Source: Eledone cirrhosa | Lineage: Eukaryota | DNA length: 64,000 bases | NCBI GenBank assembly: GCA_964016885.1 | Contig: OZ024743.1 | Coordinates: 279,248,001-279,312,000 of the forward strand | Direction of reading: 5' to 3' | Shown here: positions 55,451 to 64,000 of the stretch, one piece after another | How positions within the stretch are numbered: position 1 is the first letter of the stretch | Layout: each line of letters opens with the position of its first letter | The notes under the pieces: model-generated | What the model saw: the letters and a program-made list of their open reading frames with translations, nothing else | The model's database searches: none | Told to the model about the DNA's origin: nothing | Position numbers and translations under genes: made by a program

Positions 55451-56081
55451 GTCTGTGTGTGTAAGTGTGTAGCTTTTCTCTTTACTTGCTTTCTGTCAGT
55501 ATTCGACTGCCGCTAATGTGGGCACCTTCTTCAGGGATTTTTAAACGATCATAACCCATCCAGATATCTTGGCCATTGGACTACATCCCTAATCACTGCT
55601 ATCTATGCAGAGTTAGTTACGCACAAGTGTGAATCCCGTGAGGTATTGTGGCTGTTCCAGTGCGTCAACCTCACCATCCTCCGGGGCAATATCTTCTCCG
55701 TCCTATCGACCAGGAGCACGTAGCGGACTGACATTTAAGGTTCATATATGGTGCTGGAATAAACACACTCATATTTAAACATACAGGAACACCTTTATAT
55801 CATTAGAAATATGATCACACACGTTTTAATCCCCCCCCCCCCCAACAACTCTGCCAATTTTTCAACTTGTTATATGAAATCTTATTTAGGTTTCCTAATT
55901 ATATTGTAGGCACCCCACTGTCGAAACGCATCGTTTCGGACAGAAAGGGATACAGCATCAACAATAACGTATACACAAATAACCACACACACATACACAC
56001 ACAACCATATAGAATGACCCATAGGCAGGGGAAATATACACATATTAGCACACATATCAATACATATATATTCAGCTATGA

Positions 56082-56167
<86 letters not shown>

Positions 56168-56191
56168 TTCTGTGTGTGTGTGTGTGTGTGC

Positions 56192-56244
<53 letters not shown>

Positions 56245-56724
56245 TATGTGTGTGTCTCTGTGTGTGTAGATAGTTAGATAGACATATAGATTGATATGAT
56301 GATACTGCGATAACACTTGGAAATAGGCAGCAAACTGAAATTTCTGAATCTAAATTGATATATACACAAACCCAGATAAACATACATAGATGCATACATA
56401 CATATATGCGTATGTTCATATACACATACATACATAGATGCACGCATGCATACATACATACATATACCTACATGCATGCATATATATATATATTTATATA
56501 TATATATATATATATTAGGGTTTGTAACGGGGTTATATTTATAAACAAGGGCGCGGTATTTAATTGTGGATGCCGACCATTTGGAGCCCATTTCTTTTGA
56601 AGCTTAGATACCGCCTGGTCTGAATTTTTCTTTTATCTCGCCGGAATCGGTAAAATAAGTACCAAACCAATCCCAGGATATACATATATCTCTGGTATGT
56701 GTGTGTGTGTATGTGTGTGAGTGT

Positions 56725-56850
<126 letters not shown>

Positions 56851-57394
56851 ATCTGTGCGTCTGTGTAATAGATATATAATGTATAAATAATTTTATTTTT
56901 ATTTCTTTTCATATTACATTTTAGTATGTTGTAACTTATCAGTTTCATCTAATACGAAATATTTCTCTTTCTGGTATACGTCTTTGATATCAGTGCCTGT
57001 ATACAATTAATAGTTCTCAGTTTTAATATATTTCTTTTTTTCTCGGGGTGGCTTTACTCGATTTTATATCCCGGTTGAATTAAAAAAAATAACTTCTTTT
57101 GTTGTGCGTTGATTCCTTGCAAGTTGTGTTATGCCATTCAAATGAAGTTCTGTTTATAATTTGTCCGTAGTATTGTCATTTATCTTGAGGTCACCGATGA
57201 TCGAGCAGACATATGATCAACCTTTTTTCAGCCAGGACCAACACGTCTATTTTGTACATTATCTAATATGTCCTCTTTTGCAGTTTAATTTATCAAATTT
57301 CTTAGTATAAAATCTAAGCAAGGGAGTCGATTGGGTAACAATTCTCCCTAAAAGGTTCTGTACGAAATGGTGTTTTGTTCTTGTTGTGTCCATG

Positions 57395-57615
57395 GTGGTG
57401 AATTGTCAGAATCGATAGAGCATCAAATAGAATGTTTTGCCTTATCTCTTCTTGCTATCTGTGCTCTGAGTTCAAATAGTGCCGAGGTCAACGTTGTATC
57501 TCATCATTCCAATATCGATAGAAGATTGGTGAAATAGTTAAGTGTCGAACGAGATTCATTGCGATCGCTGTTCCGGGTATTTTACGTTCCGAGGTCAGAT
57601 TCCGCCGTTCCGTGG
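57395..57615 (+). mobile_element. Old tRNA-derived SINE copies
   Basis: ctgagttcaaatagtgccgaggtcaac; a second head at ~57525-57607. Confidence 0.6.
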
Positions 57616-57949
57616 CAGAAAACTATAGGATATGGCTAAAGATGATAGACCTCCAAAGTCAAATGGATTGAGCAATATTTTGATCGTATTAAACTGCATG
57701 AATGCTCTACACGCTGGATAAACGAAAGGTCACAAAATAGTGGTAGAGAAAAAAAAAGAGAGACAGAGAGAGAGAGAGAGAGGGGTTTGCTTCCATGTTC
57801 ATGTGGTATGGTTCATATACAGTTTTAGTTGTCCTTTATTTGTCTTTGTTATCAATCCGTTGTTTAGAATTTTATATTTACCCCTGTCTCCTGTTTGTGT
57901 TTAGCTAGGCTGGTACATACGACCTCGCTTTTGTGAAGAGGCAAGATAT

Positions 57950-59035
57950 GTAGTCATGTCATACGGTGATAGTAAACTCATATTTCCAAGATTTTTAATA
58001 TAAAGATAATCTAGATGAGGACATAATTAAAGAATTACAATCGGCAAAGGATCTCTCCATAATCGAAAGTAAGACTTACCTGAGATTAAACGATATAATA
58101 GCAAGGATAATGAAAATAACGTAAAGCTTACCATCATAAACTCAAGGAAAATCATATTGAACGTCTATATCGCTAAAATAACCTAAACAACCCATTAAAC
58201 ATCAATACTACTCACGAAAGAAGCTGGCACTCCCTAAAAATTACTCACACAGAAAGTTTTAGGCTTAAGCAAAGAACACGACAAACAAATATTGGCAGAA
58301 AATAAAAGAAATTATATATCAGTCTTTTCTATTTCATTACTAGCTATGACTCATGATGACTTCACAAACGAAAATACAAATCTTGAACAGGATGTAGTGA
58401 CATTTTGCACAGAAATGCAATGGAATTAAACGAAATTTCTGATATCAAAGACTTTATAAAAATAGCTGATGAAATTTAAATCGTAAATGATTTTTCGTTT
58501 CTAAAACATATACGATTAGGTAAAAATAAAATCAATTCACTCTAACGTAAAATCCTTTTGATAACATATAACGTCAAAACTGAAATCAATGCAGTGCCAA
58601 TTGAAAAGTAAATAAAACTATTTCGGAGAGGGATATTGAGGGAGGCGGAATTGTCAGAGAGAGAGAGAGAGAGAAATATTGAAAACAACTAAAGTATCTG
58701 AAAAATCAAGGGACGCATTGACAACACGAGACAGACCTTAGATGCTACGCAAAACTTAAAATAGAGAACAGAGGTTAAACATTTCCAAATGTCTAGTTAA
58801 AATATTTGACAAGTACACCCAAACTACTTGCGAAAGTTTTTAGTAATCAATTGAAAGAACCCGAAGCAAAACTTAAAAACATATTAATAGTTACGACAAG
58901 AACAAGTTAAAACAAATGAAAAATTATCGGCACATAACCTGCCTACTCTCAATACATAGCCGTAAATACAATATCATCATGGAATATAAATACTCACCTG
59001 CAACTTAAAACAATATATTAATAATTTTCAGAAGG
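57950..59035 (+). pseudogene. Highly decayed R4-like RT relic
   Basis: KNYRHITCLLSI at ~58920 resembles NYRPITCL; A-rich coding-like bias. Confidence 0.45.
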
Positions 59036-59039
59036 ATAA

Positions 59040-59870
59040 AATAAACCTTCCATAGGGTCTTTGTGAGAAGCGACCATTTCCAATCGATCCAAGTGTATAT
59101 CCAACGAAACCAACCAAATTCATGGATGTTATCCAATCATCTTGTCCATGGTCTACTTCTGCCCATCGATTCTTTTCTTAGACATTGCAACTATATAGTC
59201 ATAGTATTGGAGCCGTGATCTCTCGATTCAGAGAAGTAGCAGCTCTAAGTGGAATGATTTTCTGATTTCCAATCTAAGCACTCTATTGAGTAACGTTACG
59301 CCAGAGCCACTCGGAATAATCCCATTTTGGCCGTTTGTACACGCAATCGTATTCACTCTGTCATAGTCAAGATTCATGATCATAGGAAAAGGTAGGCTCT
59401 AACACCATATTGAAGATAGTGAGCTCGACCTTTACACCAGCCTCTCTTCTCATGAACGAGTGCTGAAGCTTAAGCATTACTGCACCAGCACCTGCAATTC
59501 TTACATTTAATTGTGCCTCCTGTCTTCTACACTACTTCACTGGAAATTTAGTGATATGTAGAATGCACTGGGTAAGATTCTTCTAGAGCACTTGGCAGCA
59601 AATCTATCCTGTGCATGTCGGAGATCATCTTCCGAAGAATTCAGTATTACGATGAAATCTGATATTTCCAGACGACTAATCTTACGTCCTCCGCTAACAA
59701 TACGACGCCCAGTCCTGTTGTATGAGAAGGTTATGAAAAGGTATGAATTTACTCACTCTTGGTGGAGACCGACACATACATTGAATATTTTCCTCTCCTC
59801 ACCATTTATCCCCAAACAAACAGTAAACATTATTATACGGACTTAAAGATGTTATCCATTGATTCAATAT
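59040..59870 (-). pseudogene. Decayed RTE LINE fragment
   Basis: gcattactgcaccagc...aattcttacatttaatt is homologous to 31120-31160. Confidence 0.6.
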
Positions 59871-60292
59871 TCCTAGAGAATCATCCACAAGGAAGCCAAC
59901 AAACAGAAAAGGAAGGTTCCGTAGGTAGATGGATATGATCATAATGAAGAAGCAGCAACAGAAATATTAAAGTATATATATAAACATATCATAGCGAGAA
60001 AATTCCCAATGTGCCCAATTAGCGGACATTTGTTAATGAAGCAAAACCTGCTTGAAGTTTATAGTACTTAATGTTAAGAAGGAAGAGAGAATGGATTTGT
60101 TATTGTATCATGACAAGAAACTACTAAAATCATAAAATAAAGCAAAATGCAAGGAGTAACTGGAGAAAATATGTGTGTGGGTTTGTGTGTGTGTGTCCAT
60201 TATATTCTATAAGTTTCGTTTCATTAATATATATATGTTAGTTAATTTGTACATATGCTGCAACACTAACTTCGACTCTTTTAAATATATAT

Positions 60293-60395
60293 ACAGTGTA
60301 CCCCCAACATTCGCGTTCCCGGTTATTCGCAGAATTTTCCTTAAAACCTATCTAATAATTGTTCGTGGTAACCACCTCATATTTGCGGAATCTTA
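60293..60395 (+). mobile_element. Possible Tigger/pogo-like MITE end
   Basis: TA|cagtgtacccc with repeated attcgcg motifs. Confidence 0.4.
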
Positions 60396-60528
60396 AATAT
60401 CTTCCGCGCTCAACCAGACTGGCAACAGCTGACTCTAGCCGCCAACGTGTCTTAAACATTTCTCTCTGCTTTTTAGCCTCTTGGATTGTTGTTTACCATT
60501 ATTCCTTTATTAAATAACTTTAATGCAA

Positions 60529-60592
60529 TAAACGCCTGATGATGTCACCAGGATCCTACGGAACCTGGTCATTGAAATATGCATAGTGTTTG
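60529..60592 (+). ncRNA. Type I hammerhead ribozyme
   Basis: UAAACGC CUGAUGA UGUCACCAGG..CCUGGUCAUU GAAA UAUGCAUA GUGUUUG; palindromic stem III; AUA site; AATAAA just downstream. Confidence 0.82.
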
Positions 60593-60671
60593 CTATAATA
60601 AATCTTTGAAGGAATTTCACCAGTTCGGCCTCCTGTCATTTTACTCAATAATTTATATATATATATATATA

Positions 60672-60734
<63 letters not shown>

Positions 60735-61589
60735 GTGAGAGAGAGTGTGTGTATGAGAGGGAGAGAGTGTGTCAGAGAAGGAGAGAGAGAGCTGTTGGGG
60801 CGGGTGTGTGTGTTAAAATGAAGAGTCAGAAAATTGTACAAGCATACCACTGACAGGTCTCAGTTAATGTGGAATATATATAATATCCTGTGATATATCA
60901 TTCGTTAAAACGGCTAGAATAAGAATTTGTGACGGGATATTACTCCTAAGGACCATTAAGAAGGGGAGTGTAGTCAGGTATCAGTATTATGTGCAAGGAA
61001 CAATGATAGATTTTAAAAGAAATTGAAAAACTAAAACTAATCAAATAGAAAAAGGAAATAAGTTGATGCAAATGTGGGTATTGAAAGCAGAAATAATCCC
61101 CATCAAAAAAGGGAATTTTATTTTAAAGATGCAGGTAAACACATGACCCAAAAGAATATATAGACAAATAACGCAACCAGTTATCTGTACGCATATTATT
61201 GAGAAAGCGTCAATTTAATAGAGAAAAAATGCATAATTGAGAAAAAATGTATACAATACAACATGGCTACGCTTGCTTAAGAACCGAAATCACGCAATGA
61301 AAAAATATACTATTGCATTTACATATGTTATACGGTTGTGTACATGTATGCAGTTAGTAAATTATATATCTATCGACGTTTCATAGTTAGTGAAATGTAT
61401 GTAAAGATGGAAAGATTGGGTTTAGTCTTTGAATTGTTGATATTAATAATAAAAGGATTGAGCCTGTTAAAAATAATTTAATATAAAATATGTTATTAAT
61501 ATGTATATATATATATATATATTGATAGAGTTTTTTGTACTAAAGGAATTTAATTATATATACACACACATATATATATAAATATACAT

Positions 61590-61654
<65 letters not shown>

Positions 61655-62252
61655 TATATATATATTAAAGCATCTTATTTGAAATACATTTTATATTTGA
61701 AATTAAATGAATGTAAAAGTAAATCGTAAAGACGATAAAATCAAAAAAATATTTAATAACGATAATCAAAATTAGAAATAAAGCCATATATATTTTCGTA
61801 TACTATATTTGCTTTATCGGATTCAAAATTTAATACTTCGATTTACATACAACTACATGGATTAATATACATCTGCTTGGGTTTATCTTCTCATGATTTT
61901 TGCATTGTTCATTAATATGATAGTAAAACATAGGATGTGTTGGTAGGTTTCTTTTTTTATAATTCATTTATTACTATATATTTTCTTCGCTATTTCGTTC
62001 ACCTGTATTTTTGTTTCTTAGTTTGTTTATATATAGTTTTTTAATTTCTCCCTGGTCTACATTTTGATATATTTGTAATTGTTTTCATTTACTTAGAAAC
62101 CTTTTCTATTCTGGAATTAAGACTGATTTAAATATCTATCTATTTATCTCACACACTTTCTGTCATTATACATTAACACACACGTAGACACACATTCACA
62201 CAAACACACACACACATGTATATATATATACATGTGTCTGTGTGTATATATA

Positions 62253-62307
<55 letters not shown>

Positions 62308-64000
62308 GTGTGTATAAGTATTACCTATGGATGTATATTTGTATGTGTGCATGTATATGTGTTTTTGTATGTGTATACGTATGGATGTATATATGTATGC
62401 ATGTGTGCGCGCGCGCTGGGTGTGTGTGTGTGTGCTTGAGTGTGAGTTTGTGTATTTGTGATAGACATGTAACTATACATTAATTCCGTTGATGATAGAT
62501 TTCATTTTTAATCTAGATTTACAAGATATTACAAGAATAAGAAAAAAAAAAAACGAAATGAAATATCTGAAGAAAGCAATATGTATGTTATTCCATATTT
62601 AAATAAACGGTAGTTGTTGTGTATGTGTTGTGATAAGTGTTAAGGATAAGATTTTTGTCGGGTTAGCAATGTTTGCTAATCATAATGATCTCTGCGGTTG
62701 GCAAATAATAGTTAACGTCAATCCATCAACGATTGATAAATTTGGCCATTTTTACATAAAATTAAGCTTTCACAGACACATGCACCAACAGAGGCACACG
62801 CTCATATACACACATAGATAAATCTGTGTGCCTGTGTATATATATATATATAAATGTATTTGTGTAGGTGTACGCATTTATGTTTATATGTATGTTTACA
62901 TGTATGTATGTATGTATGTATGTATGTGTGTATGTGTGTGTATGTGTGTATGTATATACGTACGTGTATAGAGAGAGACAGAAAGAGTGAAGAAGAGTGA
63001 AAAAGAGTAAGAGAGAGACTTGGTTGCAAATACGCATAACACTCCACATCCTGGGGTTTTATATCAGTGAAAGTGGGGAGAATTGAAATTAAAATTTACT
63101 TCAATGATAAAATAATAAAGATTACTTTATCTAATAATAATAATAATTGTTTCTAATAATAATGTTAGAAGAACATTGAAAGAAATAGTAGAATTGTGAA
63201 TATGGTGATAATAATATTATTTCTGGATTTAATTAAAACGAACATTATTTTCATTTTTTAATTATCACACTTAATTAAAACTAAGTATAAACCCTCCTGA
63301 TGAGATGGAACAGATATTTCGAAAGACTTATGCATGGGATAGATAACTTACTGTTATATATTCATTTCTGTAATTCTTCTCGATCTCTTTTAGTAAATTA
63401 TTCAATGATATCAATGTACATCCATCCATCCATCTGTCCATAAATACATACATACATACATATATACATAATTACATACATATATATTTACATACACACA
63501 TATGCATACATTATATATATATATATATACATTGAGAGAGGGCGTCTGTAAGAGAAGGTGAGATCAACGCACAGATAGGCAGGCGGATAAACTAATAGAT
63601 AGGGTGATAGAAAGAGATAGGGTATGATATGGCGAACAGTTCCAGTTGAAAATATCCATGTGTTCATTTACTTTATCTCTCATTCTTCTACGATGTGATG
63701 CCGAAGATGTAGATTAGGTTGACATCATACCTTCTTTAATATCGAATTTTTCCTAATTGTGATTGTATGTATGTATGTATGTATGGGCCCAGCACTATGT
63801 GTCAATAATTGTCACAAGTGTAGTGTTTGTACCAGAGATTTCAAGTCACTGGCTGGACTAAACAGCCACACTCGTTCAACGCATCGGTAGGGGTTCTCCT
63901 ACATGGATATAAAGTAGTGGCCGTACTCGAAAACGAGTTGGCAGCCACCATGTATGTATATATGTATATATATATATATATATATGTGTATATATATATA

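Noticed and set aside
63292-63340. CUGAUGA..GAAA motif
   Set aside because: Stem II is weak and there is no correctly placed NUH; at best a decayed relic

Overview
AT-rich, microsatellite-dense animal DNA with no recognisable host exon. The SINE and repeat landscape suggests a cephalopod (octopus-like) genome; this is an inference. Almost everything interpretable is mobile DNA: a nearly intact Penelope-like element (RT + GIY-YIG, one frameshift), a near full-length R4/Dong-type RLE LINE, an APE-RT LINE with a twin-priming-like 5' inversion, Helitron, hAT and Tc1/mariner relics, and about 10 tRNA-derived SINEs. The main signal is an unusual density of type I hammerhead ribozyme (HHR) motifs in non-coding units sitting in (TA)n tracts. 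The best case is a head-to-tail array of four ~635-bp monomers (15261-17825), each carrying an HHR. This is the architecture of a non-LTR retrozyme (circular-RNA-producing non-autonomous retroelement), with a larger monomer than usually reported for animals. Further HHRs lie in a 674-bp partial tandem, in solo units and in the Penelope pLTR. All RNA folds were paired by eye and none was tested for activity. Most short ORFs in the track are microsatellite artefacts.
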